This document shows positions 1 through 13,162 of a stretch of 64,000 nt of DNA, in pieces. The DNA is taken from assembly GCA_964016885.1 (NCBI GenBank), contig OZ024752.1, positions 17,050,001-17,114,000 on the forward strand, in the 5' to 3' direction. The stretch's first letter is position 1. Each line of letters starts with the position of its first letter. The position numbers and the translations under genes are program-made. The notes beneath the pieces were generated by a model. The model saw nothing but the letters and a program-made list of their open reading frames with translations. It made no database searches and was not told the DNA's origin. This DNA is from Eledone cirrhosa. Taxonomy: Eukaryota.

Positions 1-2560
1 AGACATAGATTCCTTTTGGAGAAAAATATGGGGTGAAAAGAAGAATTTCAACCAAGATGCAATGTGGCTAAGAGAAATCCGAAAGAACTATTGCTCCTAC
101 ACTACAACAAAAACATACGAAATAAGTGAGGGTACCCTTGAGACTGTGATAGGAAACCTCCAAGATAAGAAAACACCAGGAAGAGACATGATTGTCGGCT
201 ACTGGTACAAAAAACTGATATTCTATCGGAGGTATCTTACTGACCTCTACCAACAAGTTCTTAAGGGAGATACACTTATACCAGAATGGTTGACATTAGC
301 ACAAACATTACTGGTCCCCAAGAACAAAGACACCCACTTGGAAAAAACTACCGACCCATTGCATGCCAGAACCTGATGTATAAGATGTATACAGCCTGCC
401 TGAACCTATTCCTCCCAGATCACTGTGAAAATAATAACATCATCACAGATGAACAAGCAGCTAGAAAGAAAGGGGTTTGGGGATGTGCTGAACAACTCCT
501 AATCAACAAAACTGCGATGTCGGAGGTGCGACAACTTAGGAGGAATATGACTACAGTCTGGCTGGACTACAGGAAAGCTTTCGATTCTGTTCCCCACTCT
601 TGGATGATAGAGGCCCTCCAACTTGCTAATGTCCCAGACATTATTGTCAGAGCCATAGAGAGGCTGTCTTCTTCTTGGGCTACTATCCTAAGGTTAAAGA
701 CAGAGAGGGAGGACTCTATTTTCACTGATAAAATAAAATATTGCAGGTGTATATTTCAGGGGGACAGTCTCTCTGTGATATTATTCATCTTGTCATTAAA
801 CCCCTTGTCCTTTCTGCTCAAGAACTGTGAGGGATACATCATTGGCTCACAGGAGGACAGAAATACGAACCTAACCCATAATTTCTTTGTGGACGATCTG
901 AAACTCTATGCCAAGAACATGGATGGGCTGAAGAAAAATCTTGACCTGGTTACAACGTTCTCAAAGGATATAGGAATGGAGTTTGGCCAAGATAAATGCT
1001 CATACATGACTGTAAAGCGGGCAAAAACAACAACCCAATCTAGCAACATTGTCATCAATGGCCTGACTGTTTCACCGATATCTTATGAGGACTGCTACAG
1101 ATACCTGGGGATAGATGAGAACTTATCCTATAATGGTATCTGTAATAAAGAACGCGTAACCAAGGAATACTACACCCGATTAAGAAAGATCTGGTCATCG
1201 GAACTCTCTGCACAAAACAAAATAGTGGCTCACAATGTGTTTGCTGTGCCTGTTCTAACACCAACGTTTGGAATACTCAATTGGACGATAGACGAAATCC
1301 GAGCAGTTGATGTTGGAACTCGAAAAATACTGAACAACACCGGAAACTTCCACATCAACAGTGACATAAACCGCCTTTACTTGAAGCGTAAGCAGGGGGG
1401 CAGAGGCCTAACATCAGTCCAGACAACATTTGAATGTCGCATCTTATCTCTCCGACAACATCTACGAACCTCGAAGCGTAGGAGCCCGTTTCTCGAGCAA
1501 GTCTATCTGCATGAAACAGATAAGATCATGAGAGTTGGGAAGGAATTCCTCGAGAGATATTCCCTGTGTGATAATCAAAAACTCACACCCAGGGAAGTCG
1601 CTCAGCAGTATCGCAGTGAATCCATGGATGAAAAGCTGCATGCCTATCAGCAAAAAATCATGCATGGATATGTTGCCAGGAAGCTCCAGAGTGAGAGTAA
1701 TATAGATAAGGAAAGTAGTCTATCTTGGACCAACAACCGCTATATTGGCTCCCACTTTGAAGGATACGCTTTTGCAATCCAGGAACAGGAGATTAGCACG
1801 AAATACCTGATTCACAAAAGAGATAGGGATGCAGGCAAAACACGTAGATGTGATAACAAGTGCAGACTCTGCAAAAAAGATAGCCCGATAATAAACACAT
1901 TAAAAGCTACAGCAATGTGGAAGACATCCATGTACATAATATGAAAGAGTAAAAACCCCAATAAAATGCAGGCATAACAGACCAGATATTATGATATGGG
2001 ATAGGGAGAAGAAAGCATGCACAGGAGTAGAAATTAGATGCCCAGCAGATGCCAATATAATATCAAAGATTAGTGAAAAGGAGAACATTTATGCAGAACT
2101 GATGAGAAATCTGCAGATACTCCACCCTGATTACACCTTCAGATTTATGCCTGCAATTATTGGGGTACTGGGATATGTTAGTAACTGCCTCAATACAAAT
2201 CTTGAGAAGCTAGGCTTCACAGGAACAGAAAGAACACAACTAGTTAGGAAATTACAAGTACAATCCATTAATGGAACAGTAAAAATATGTAAAACATTCC
2301 AAAATATTTGCATCTAATAACTGCATATACACATGTACAGATACAAAGCATATACACATGCACACATACAACTCAAAACGTACACATCCACACATACAAT
2401 AACATCCATATCTACACACGCATGCATACATACATATCTACCTAGTTGATGTTGTGTAAATTTCAATGAGGGAGTCTTGTGTCTATGTTAGAAACCGACT
2501 CTCTCTCTATTGGTAAAACTTTGTGAAATTATAAAACCAGAAGAACATACATACATACAC
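1..2560 (+). mobile_element. R4/Dong-like non-LTR retrotransposon (RT + restriction-like endonuclease), defective, cut by window start
   Basis: ORF 286-1944 has RT motifs (NYRPIAC, WLDYRKAFDSVPH, IFQGDSLS, FVDD, YLG, GGRGL) and CRLC. ORF 1991-2317 has RPDIMIWD..VEI.CP and K..Y, typical of the RLE. Frameshift near 340, internal deletions, ends in (CATA)n at ~2546-2560. Confidence 0.9.
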
Positions 2561-2562
2561 AC

Positions 2563-3080
2563 ATGATGGCTGTCCCCTTGTTATCGAGTATGGCCATTGC
2601 ACGATATACTATTATTAATAACTATCAATTAATTCTATCGTGCAATGCCTGTGCGTGAGGAAACACTGTGCACTGAGCCAATCCCGCTCTCTGAGCGACA
2701 GTAGCTATAACCCAAAAAGAAGAAAAGATCAACATCATCGGTAACTACTGAGCCGCAGGTTTTATATGTGAGTTATCCCAGCTTCCTGAATTGCCTTCTC
2801 CTAGAAGAATTCCCCGACAAAGGCTAGGGGTCCTTCACTCCCAGTGGTTTAACCAAGCGGTACATGTGTATATACATATTTACACAATTTCGGATGGCCG
2901 TTGACTCTTATGAGTTCTTCCGCCCTTTGTCAGGTTTTGTTTTTTGTCCTGCAGGGTGTCAAAAATCCTCCTCCTCACCAAGTAAACTTGGTGGGGTTGC
3001 CGGTTTAGTCGCCGACGACCCGACCATGCGACAGGTTGTACTGGGTTACATGTTACCAGTAGCACTCAAGAGTAACCCGA
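2563..3080 (-). mobile_element. Non-autonomous bipartite RTE-related element (5' structured region + RTE-type 3' end + (TATG)n tail)
   Basis: The reverse complement starts ...CTACTGGTAACATGTAACCCAGTACAACC and ends GGCCATACTCGATAAC..GCAGCC/ACAGCCATCATGT. Homologous copies lie at 45345-45780, 46312-46873, 7430-7725 and 61406-61923. The same 3' end follows the RTE zinc-finger tail at ~45000-45035. Confidence 0.65.
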
Positions 3081-3344
3081 CATACACACATACATGATGG
3101 CTGCCCCTCGTTATCGAGTATGGCCATTGCACAAGGAAAAAAAAAATGAAATAAAATAAAATAATAATAATAATAATAATAAATAAAAAAAAAAAAAGAA
3201 ATATATATATATATATATATATATACATACATATATACACACATACATACACATACACACACACATATACACACACACATACATTAATAACAATAATAAT
3301 AATAATAATAATAGCAATAATAATAATAACGACAACAACAATAA

Positions 3345-3510
3345 TGTTTTCTTTATTAACCACAAGGGTTCACATAATGTAGACATTAAGGACAGTACAG
3401 GACAATACAGGACGGTACAAATGGGCATTTCTGCGTGTAAAAAAACAGAGGTTGAAATAAAATAACAAAGAAAAATTCCCCAATACGGGGGAGACTTCCA
3501 AGGTTCGACA
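3345..3510 (-). mobile_element. Tx1-like LINE 3' UTR remnant
   Basis: TTTATTAACCACAAGGG..TTCCCCAATA resembles the Tx1 3' ends at 62155-62300 and ~8495-8650. AATAAA on the minus strand lies next to an (AAT)n tract. Confidence 0.45.
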
Positions 3511-3596
3511 ACAACAATAATAATATACATATTCATATATATATACACACACACGCACGCACATAAGCATATCTACACACACACACACGATAGCAA

Positions 3597-6500
3597 CTAA
3601 CAGTACTGCGATCGAATGTGGCTTTTTAGCCCAGCCAATGATCTAAAATGTCTTGCACAGAGTCGGCAACCAAAACATTCACTGGGAATAGTCGGCTGTG
3701 GTTGGAGTTCGTGTACTTTTGCATGTCGCTTGAGCCCTCCTGCTGATTTACATTCTCTACCACATGTTTGGCAAGCATGATGAGTAGCATCTCCAACAGC
3801 AGCCTGGTAGTCAACCACTGGTCTTACTTTATGACTGCGAAGATGACTTTCGAGTCCAGCTTTGCTTAGGCAGAGTCTCGCACAGACGCTGCATGTCAGC
3901 ACCATAGGAGGACCCTCGCCGCCTGGAAGTGCAACAGCAATGCCCTTCCTCACATCCCGCTTTACCTTCTCGTGTGCGATTCGAGATGCCTCAAAGGCAA
4001 CTTTTCCCTCATATACAGTCTTTCTCCATTTATTACGATCAGCAGCAATATTCTCCCATGTATCAGCAGAGATGTTAGCGTCTTTCAGAGAGGCTTTCAA
4101 GGAATCCGTATACCTCTTTTTTGGTTTATGTGGCGGTCGTTTTCCTTTAACCAACTCTCCATAGAAGAGTTGTTTTGGTATTCTAGAATCCTTCATCCTG
4201 GCAAGGTGACCACTCCAACGGAGTTGTTGCTTAAGCACAAGAGCTTCTATACTGTCACACATAGAGCTTTCCAAAATCTCGACATCACTGATGTGGTCCC
4301 TCCAGTGAACGCCATGGATCCGTCTGAGACACATCTGATGGAAACGCTCCAATTTCTTAAGGTGGCGTCGATATGTGACCCAGGTCTCGCAGGCATAAAG
4401 AAGACAAGAGAGTACACATGCCCTGTACACCTTTACCTTTGTCCTCCTGCATATGTCTCGCCGACCCCCAGAGTCGCCTTTCTAGCTTTCCGAAAGCATC
4501 ACTTGCTTTCCTAATCCTAAGTGAGATTTCACCGTCAAGGTTGCCGTATCGATTGACAGTGCTTCCCAGGTAGACAAACTGATCAACCACTCCAAGTCGT
4601 TTGCCATACACATAGATGTTTGGTTCAGTGTATTGCTTACTAGGGGCAGGTTGGTACATGACGACGGTTTTCTTGAGACTGACAGTCAAACCCAGGGCAG
4701 TGCAAGCGTTAGAAAATGCATTCAAAATGTGCTGCATATCACTCTCTGTGTGCGCTACAAGATCTCAATCATCTGCATACAAGAGGTCTCTTATGATTGA
4801 TGTAAATACTTTTGTCTTCGCAGCAAAGCGCCTGATGTTAAATATGCTGCCTGAGGTTCGATATCGGATGTAAACACCATGCTCGCAATTCCTGAATGCA
4901 ATACAGAAAACCATTGCAAAGTATATGGCAAACAGGGACGGTGCTGGAATATCCCCCTGTTTCACTCCATTTTTTACTGAGATAGGCTCCGACATGTTAC
5001 CTCCGACATTAACCCAAGCCTTCATGTCGTCATGGAAAGACCTAACTAAAGCAAGGAACTTATCAGGACAACCAAGTTTCTGGAGAACCTTCCATAATGC
5101 ATCTCTGTTGACAGTATCGAAAGCCTTTGTCAGATCGAGAAAAACCTGATACAGATCCAAGCCTTGTTCAATGCACTTCTGGAGCTGTCTAGCTGAGAAG
5201 ATCATATCAGTAGTGCCGCGTCCAGCACGAAAACCAAATTGACTTTCAGGAAGAACACAATCTGCAATGTGTGTCAGCAGACGGTCCAGAAGCACCCTAC
5301 ATAAAACTTTCCCTACGACAGAAAGCAATGATATACCTCTGTAGTTCCCACAATCATTCCTGTTACCCTTTCCCTTGTACAAGACCACCATTACTGCATC
5401 TCTCCAGTCCTCAGGTACGGATTCATTAGCCCATATCCTTCCAAACAAAGAGTGAAGATGTTGCAGGAGTCTCTCACCACCATATTGTAGGAGCTCAGCA
5501 TGTATGCCATCCATACCTGGAGACCTTCCACTGTTCAGCTTCGAGATAGCCGCCGCAACCTCCACAAGCGTCGGAGGTTCTGCGAAAGCTACTTTCACAG
5601 GACTTTCCGGAATGAGATTGAGGAAATCTTCATTGACGACAGACGGCTGATTCAAAAGATCATCAAAGTGCTCTCGCCACCTTCGTAGAATTCCTTGTGA
5701 GTCACGAAGAAGTTCTTTGCCATCCTTGCTGCGAGGCGGTGTCACCAGAGAAGAAGACGGTCCATAAACTTCACGCAAGAGACTGTACAACAGTTTTGTG
5801 TTATTGGAATCTGACGCAGTTTGTATCTCATCAGCCTTCTCACTCCACCACTTATCCTTCATCTGAGAAAGACTCCGCCTAACACGTGATTTTACATCCT
5901 TGAGTTCCTTATGCAACATATTCTTCTCCTGTGGTTTTGCCGTCAAGTAGCGTGACAGAGCACACCTCTTATCAGCCAACAAGTCTTCTATATGTATATC
6001 ATTCTCATTAAACCAGTCCTGATGTTTTCTCTGCACCAATCCCAGAACACGCCCGCCTACATCATAAACCGAATTTTTAAGGGTCGGCCAATCCTCACCA
6101 AGATCTGCAACCTGCATCTCTTCTTCCAATGTCCTCTTCACATTTTTATCGTTAAGACGAGCAGCATTCAATCTTTTGGGCAGGGCAACACTAGGAGCCC
6201 GGATTTTACGTTTAGTGATTAGTTTCACCTTTGCGCGTACCAGGCGGTGGTCCGCCCAGCACTCAGCTCCATGAAGAGCACGAACACACTGCACATCCTG
6301 TCTGTCACGCATCCTGACTAGGACGTAGTCCAAAAGATGCCATTCCTTAGATGCAGGATGCATCCATATGGTCTTGAATTTGTTCTTTTGTTGGAACATG
6401 GTGTTGGTAATACACAGATCCAGCTCCTCACACATCTGCAGCAGGAGCATACCATTGTTGTTACACTTTCCCACCCCATGCATTCCGATTACATTCCATG

Positions 6501-7075
6501 TGTTAAAATCCCTACCCACTCTAGCATTAAAGTCACCAAGCACTATGACTTTGTCTGCCTGAGGGATATTTCTTAGAACACCTTTCAAGGCATGGTAAAA
6601 GGACATTTTTTCTTAATCGACAGAATTCATAGTTGGAGCATACACACTCACCAGGGTAGCATATCTTCCCTTGTCCAGCGGAAATCTCATGGACATAAGA
6701 CGCTCACTAATCCCTACTGGGAACTCTTCTAATTTATTCACAAGTACAGTCTTAACAGCAAATCCTACCCCAGCCTCTCTTCTGGTTCCTTCATCTCTTC
6801 CTTTCCAGAAGAATGTATATTCTCCACAAAATCCCGTAAGATGACCATCTCCAGCTAACCTCGTCACAGATAAAGCCACGATGTCAAGATCGTAACGTCG
6901 AAGCTCCTTTGCAACAAGAGCGGTCCTTCGTTCAGGACGCTCCGAAGAATCCCTGTCAAGCAGCGTCCGTACGTTCCAGCAGCCAAGACTAAATGCCCTG
7001 TTTGGCTCTATTACAATGGCACGATGACGAGCGGGCCCAGGCTGTGATAACTTGGGGCCCCTGCCCTTATTGCCA
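3597..7075 (-). mobile_element. RTE-clade (BovB-like) LINE, near full length, pseudogenised: APE + RT + three C-terminal C2H2 fingers
   Basis: ORF pieces 6613-7140 (GCWNVRTL, VYAPT), 4765-6606 (LGDFNARVG, DH, NYRGISLL, KQGD, YADD), 4357-4737 and 3597-4430 (LRWSGH, CxxC..HxxxH x3). Two in-frame stops and one frameshift. Confidence 0.93.
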
Positions 7076-7211
7076 ATGATCTTTTTTGTTCCAGAACCTA
7101 AATTGCCAATTATCTCTTTTACATTGTTCTGGAACATCATTGAATTGGGGAAAAAAAAAAAAAGAAAAAAAAGTAATAATAATAGTAATAATAATAATAA
7201 TAATAATAATT

Positions 7212-7395
7212 GTTTCTACTTTTTGGCACAAGGCCAGCAATTACCCAGTACATTACTGGTACTTTATTTTATCGACCCCGTAAGGATGAAAGGCAAAGTG
7301 AACCTCGGCGGGATTTGAACTCAGACCGTAAAGGGACGTAACTATGCTGGAAAGCATGATGTCCGACTCTCTACCGATACTGCCAATCCATCGCC
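7212..7395 (-). mobile_element. tRNA-derived SINE (cephalopod-type) inserted in (AAT)n
   Basis: B-box GAGTTCAAATCC on the minus strand and core CCTTTCATCCTTACGGGGTCGATAAAATAAAGTACCAG. Matches copies at 40580-40767, 23563-23725 and 8040-8180. Confidence 0.8.
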
Positions 7396-7429
<34 letters not shown>

Positions 7430-7863
7430 GTACACTATTAATAATTATTAATGCACTCGTGCAATGCCTGTGCGTGACGAATATTTTTAAAGTGAGGAAA
7501 GACTGTGCACTGAGCCAATCCCACTCTTTGAGCTATAACCCGAAAAGAAGAAAAGATCAACATCATCGGTAACTACTGAGTCGAAGGTTTTATATCGGAG
7601 TTAACCCAGTTTCCTGAGATGCCTTCTCCTAGAAGAATGCCCTGAAAAGGGCTAGGGGTTCTTCACTCCCAGTGGTTTAACTGCGCGATCGGGCATCCAG
7701 CCCGATTATTTCTATGTCCCCGCGCGAAAAAAAAAAAAAAAAAAAGAACACTTATTGACACTTATACGTACGACATACACACACACGCATACATATGCGC
7801 GCGCACAGCAACACTCATACATACAAATAAACACACACACACGCTACTCTACTCACTTACACG

Positions 7864-7922
<59 letters not shown>

Positions 7923-8039
7923 TACCGTCATTACTGATACAAGATTACAAGATTATGTCAACTGTTGACTTTCAAGAGTTTGTATAGTTGAAGCCGATCG
8001 TATTACAGTCCAGTATTATTATAATTGCTTTACAGCATA

Positions 8040-8180
8040 GAGTTATGGCTCCCCACGCTCTGAGCTCAAATCCCGCCGAGGTCAACCTTGCCCTTCATCC
8101 CCGCGGAGTCAACAAAAGAGAGTACCAGTGATGCGCTGGACAGTCGCTGGATCCGTGCCAAAAGCAGAAAAATTATTATT
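8040..8180 (+). mobile_element. Diverged copy of the same SINE
   Basis: GAGCTCAAATCCCGCCGAGGTCAACCTTGCCCTTCATCC...GTACCAG...GTGCCAAAAGCAGAAAAATTATT. Confidence 0.7.
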
Positions 8181-8489
8181 AAAGTTGTTTTCTTAAGGCC
8201 CGGTCGCTGGTGATGGTGATGGCGGCGGCGGTGGCGGTGGTGGTGGCAGTTGATGTTGTTGTGTGTGTGTGTGTGTTTTGTTATTTTGAGTTTTTTTGTT
8301 TTTTTTTCCCCTTTTCTTTTCTTTTCTTTTCCCTTCCTTTTTTTATGTTTTGATGCCGCTGTTGTTGTTGTTGTAAATGTTCATTTCAGTTCATTCTGAA
8401 GCTGTTGTTGCTGTAAACATTAGTGCCGGTGTTGTTGTTGTTGTAGATGTTGGGGTTGAAATCTGGTCGTTTGACTGAGTGATGTATAT

Positions 8490-10035
8490 ATTTTTCTTTT
8501 ATTTGCCACTAGGGCATCAAAAGTGGGACAAGTACAAAGGGGGGAGTTTACACAAAAAGGCGTCCTCAATAAGGAGGAGGCAATAACAAAATATAAAAAT
8601 AAAATAAGATATAACAAAAATAAAATTTTTAACAAAATCCTCAATAGAGAGGAGGCGCCTTGGGGGGTCGCACACACCCCCGAAAAAAGTGTGCAACCCT
8701 TTTCCTCAGGAGCACAGAGAGGGGGTGCTCCCTCGTTCCTTCCTCTTTTCCACCTACAGGCTTATGTAAAGAGAAGGCCCATTCACACGGGCCATTCTCG
8801 CCACTTTCACCCACCTTTCATAAAAACGACTGGGGTGCAGCACCTCTCTCTCCATCCTGATCCTTCTTCCGAAATGATATCGGAAGAAACGGACCAGTTG
8901 TTGGCCAGAGAGAAAGGTGCCTGACCTCAGTCCTTTCAGACGCGTCCACCATACAACCTCTTTCGCCATGGCTATTACGCACAGAAACACCGCCTCTGCT
9001 TCATCTTTGAAGGGGGGAGGCGGCTTGATCATTACAATAGACTCGGTGGTCAACCGGATCGGTCCCACCCTTGACAGCAGTTGTTCGACATAGCCCCACA
9101 GATCGGCTACGCCCGAGCAGTGTACCAATGCGTGTGCAACGGTTTCCTCGTCGCACACGCATCTGGGACAGATCTTTTTGGCGGGGTCCCTACCCGGGCG
9201 CCCGTGTCTGTAGAGCCTTTCTCGAACGGGTAAAGCCCCTCGGTAGCACTGCCAGGCCAGGGACTTCTGGAAGTTGTCCATAGGTCCCGGGCTGAATGTC
9301 CTACCGAACAGGCTGGCCAGTTCGTCCTCCTCCATGTCTAGGGCTTCTCCGAGGGCGTCGTCGCACCTGCTGCGTACCAGCCCTCTATAGAATGTTGCGG
9401 TGGAGTCTCCACTGATAACCGGATCCGCCTGCCAGAGGGCGGTGAGCGCCTGGGCACACTCAGTGTGCCAGGCGCCCAGTTTTCTCGGTCTTTGCTTGAC
9501 CCAGGATTGCAGCTCGGTGAGTGAGACGAGTCTGGGAAAGGTTCGTCTCACAAACGAGGCCCACACCGGTTGTCCGGTGAGGAATACGTAGAGGTGCCGT
9601 AGCCTTAATGCGTGTTTACGCATCATTAGCCACGGCATCCCCAGCCCTCCTTTCGAAGGGTGTTGACAGCAGATGGATCTCCTCACCATAGGAGCCCGCC
9701 CCTTCCAAAGGAATTGGAAGAGCGCGCGCTCCATCTTGGTGAGGGTTTCCCTTGGGCAGGGCACTACGGTCAGGCGGTAGTAGATGACGGACGCTATATA
9801 AGTGTTCGCCACCTCCGCCCGACCTTTCAGGGATAGTTTGCAACTGGCCCACTTCTGGGTCAGTGCAAACACCCTGTTCGTAACCTCCGCCCAGTTTTTC
9901 TCCACCTGGAGGTCCGGTCCGAACCAGACCCCGAGCAACTTCACCGGGCCCTCCGTCCAGCGTCCGACGACGCCATCGGAGGGCATCGGTCTGCCCCTCC
10001 ACGTGCCGAGTTGCAAACCGATCGACTTGTCCCGA
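8490..10035 (-). mobile_element. Tx1/L1-clade LINE, 5'-truncated (RT C-terminus and CCHC zinc knuckle)
   Basis: ORF 8754-10106: KLLGVWFG, LSLKGRAEVAN, GGLGMP, CPRC..ETVAHALVHC. Homologous to 62406-63971. The ORF N-terminus is read-through from a microsatellite. Confidence 0.88.
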
Positions 10036-10820
10036 TATACACACATATACATACACACACACATATATATATATACACATTCAACATACAGTAGAGAGTT
10101 TGACAACAGGTCGATGACTTTAGTCTAGATAGGGTATGGTATGGTAATGACATGTGACGATGGGGAGAGAGTGTAGACGTTATTGTGGTGGTGGGGACAG
10201 TGAGATGTATCTAGTTCATTTGACCGTTTTCTTCTCTTAGCAAAATTTGAATTTTAGATGTAAGTAAATGTAAAATGTAAAATATAAATAAGGATTGCTC
10301 TGCTAAAATATACTAAAATATTTGTGTAACTTCCACAAACTTCTGTCGTGTCATTCCCGAGTCCAGTGACCAAAAAATTGTTGTATTTTGATGTTTCAGA
10401 ATACAAAAATTAATTAAAAACTTACCCCACGAAAAGACAGCGTGTGTTGTCCTATCTATAAGCTCCCTCACATATCTACATACATACATACATACATACA
10501 TACATACATACATACATACATACATACATACATACATACTGGAATGCATTAATTTCATGTATTTTTGTGTGCATGTCTATTTGTGCGTGCATATATAAAG
10601 TGAGTTTAGAGTTGACTTTACCTGTAATTTGTGTTTTACAATTCATGCTTAGATGCACCTTGGTAAGTAGAGATCAGATACGTTATTAATAATGGACAAC
10701 CTCAATCATTAGGTAACATCTGTTCACTGATCTTTTCGATGAATGCCATTTCTTTAAATACAACACGTATTACATAGTGACACAGTTGACATGTACATTA
10801 TTGTTATCATATTTGCACAG

Positions 10821-10854
<34 letters not shown>

Positions 10855-10886
10855 ACGCACACACACACGCACTCCCCCCAGCACGC

Positions 10887-10919
<33 letters not shown>

Positions 10920-10986
10920 CACATACACAAACACATATGTATAGTGACAGCACTCCTCCTCTCTCCTCTCTCTGCCCCTCTCTCTC

Positions 10987-11092
<106 letters not shown>

Positions 11093-11104
11093 GGAACCAG
11101 TAAG

Positions 11105-11198
11105 ACCCCGACAGCTGAGCTCAAGCCGTTTCGACGGCTAATTCTGGACTAAATGAAAATTTATCCTGGTATTTAAATAGCCGATCTTCTCAAGGGGT
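11105..11198 (-). ncRNA. Type I hammerhead ribozyme, U3:A8 core variant
   Basis: Minus strand: ACCCC-UUGAGAA-GAUCGGCUA..UAGCCGUC-GAAA-CGGCU(ugagcuc)AGCUG-UC-GGGGU. All three helices form and the cleavage triplet is GUC. Confidence 0.7.
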
Positions 11199-12356
11199 AA
11201 TTCCATATATGGTCAAAGTGATTGTCAAAAATCAGTAGTAATTCTGTGGTTGCAAATTAGTAGGGGAGATGGTGGCTAAACCTGCCAGTAGGAGAAAGAG
11301 GGGAGGTGGTGGAGTAGACCCAATCAAGCGTTGGTAGTGCCAGCTACAGCTGGGCATGAGGTCAAAGAAGATACAGGGGAGGGGGAGGGGGAGGAAGTCG
11401 GAACGGTAGGTAGAACAATGGGGGGTAGAAATATATAGGAAAGAAAAAATACTGAGAGTGAAGAAAAGCAAATAAGTGTAAAGAAAAACGTAAAGTAAAT
11501 TAAATTCTACGACCTAGGTGTCAGGCTATTGTTAGGCTAGAATAAATAAATAAAGAAAGAAAGAAAGAAGTAAAGAAAGAAATAAAGAAATAACGAAATA
11601 GGTAAAAGAACTAGGTGGGACGGATAGGCAAGGACCCTTTTAAGAGGTATAAGTACGTAAATGATACGGTGACGGGTCAACAAAAGGGGCCAAAATACTA
11701 AAGAGACTACCACGAAATAAACAATAAAGGTTTCCATCCCGGGCACAATGCCAGCAACCACCCAGTGCAGCAAAGTGAACTAGTACGAGATAATAATTCT
11801 GAGTCCCGAGAAAAATATATACTAATGCTAACTCTAAAAGATCTAAAACAAGCTACATGAAAGTTCGTACGAAGTAAAGGTAGAATACGGAAAAATAAAT
11901 TCAGAATCCACCCCGCCCAAAAGAAAAGCGAAGAAAGAAATACTGAAACGAAAAAATAAGGCATAAGTGCCACTAAGAAATATAGAGGGCAGAGAGAATA
12001 GTGGGAGCGGTCGGAAAAAGGGGACAAGTATCCGGGGTCTAAACCAACTGCTATAAAGGGCGGAGTCCGCCAAATCTATCATAGACTAGGGGAGGGGGTG
12101 GGGGTACTAAGGCTACAAGGGGCCAAAGGGCAGCCTCGGGTGGGCGAGAAAAGACGCCGACAAAGGAGAAGAGCTGGGGTAGAAGGACTAAGGAGAGAGG
12201 GGGGAAGGAAATAAAGGAAGCGATAAAAGAATACAAAGAAGATCTTACGTCTCCCTTGGCAAGCAGGGGTTACCCATTGCAAAATCGGCAAGTGGGGTGT
12301 TATAGCCCTAGTCTACCCCCCGGGTCATTATACAAATATATATATATATATATATT

Positions 12357-12432
<76 letters not shown>

Positions 12433-13080
12433 TATAATATATAATATATGTAGTAATAAACACAGTAAATTGTGTGTCTAAAATTACGAGGGCTGAGATA
12501 CCACATTGGTTTGACAAATTTAACCTGAAGCAAACGGAAAATCTATGTATGTAAAACAGGTGTCTGTCTGTCTGTTTGTGTAACCGCATGAATTTCTACA
12601 TTTTACATAGGTTTCTGAAGTCCTATTACGCGTCGTAGGCTATTTTATTTTTCCGTACCTCGATTGTGGGGTCCCCCAGTGGCAGGTAACCCCCTTAAGC
12701 CTCTCGATTGGAGTCAGCAGCACTACTGCATAAAGGCCCCATAATTCCTGCAGTTTGTCTCCCATCTTCACCAAAATTAATCTTTTGTTTACTTATGGCT
12801 TACAAATAAATTTGCAGGCATGCACTTGCGCAGAAATTCAGGTAGGGGACCCCTTGGGGGCAGTAAACCGACTTGATGAATGTTGAAGTGGATATCATCA
12901 ATGGAACAAAACGTCATAACTGCTTCAGTTGGTGTTTGGTTTTCACGAAGCGAGACGTATTGGTTACCAATGGCTTATAAAGGAAGGTGATCACATGAAC
13001 TTTTACTTGAACTTATCAAGACGTAAAATAAGAAAATTTCAAAAAATTTTTTAAAAATTAACTTACTTACTAAAATTTTC

Positions 13081-13162
13081 ACTCCAACTAATTAGTTTCT
13101 GCAATGGGATAAAGACAGCTACGTAATATAACTGTCGAGAATTCATTGCGTCATCAGGGAGT
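13081..13162 (-). ncRNA. Type I hammerhead ribozyme (family A)
   Basis: ACUCC-CUGAUGA-CGCAAUG..CAUUGCA-GAAA-CUAAUUAG-UU-GGAGU on the minus strand. Confidence 0.85.

Noticed and set aside
12540-13015. Helitron/Helentron-like repeat (ATCTAT start, GTCT repeats)
   Set aside because: Resemblance only; no diagnostic 3' hairpin-CTAG end and no second copy in the window.
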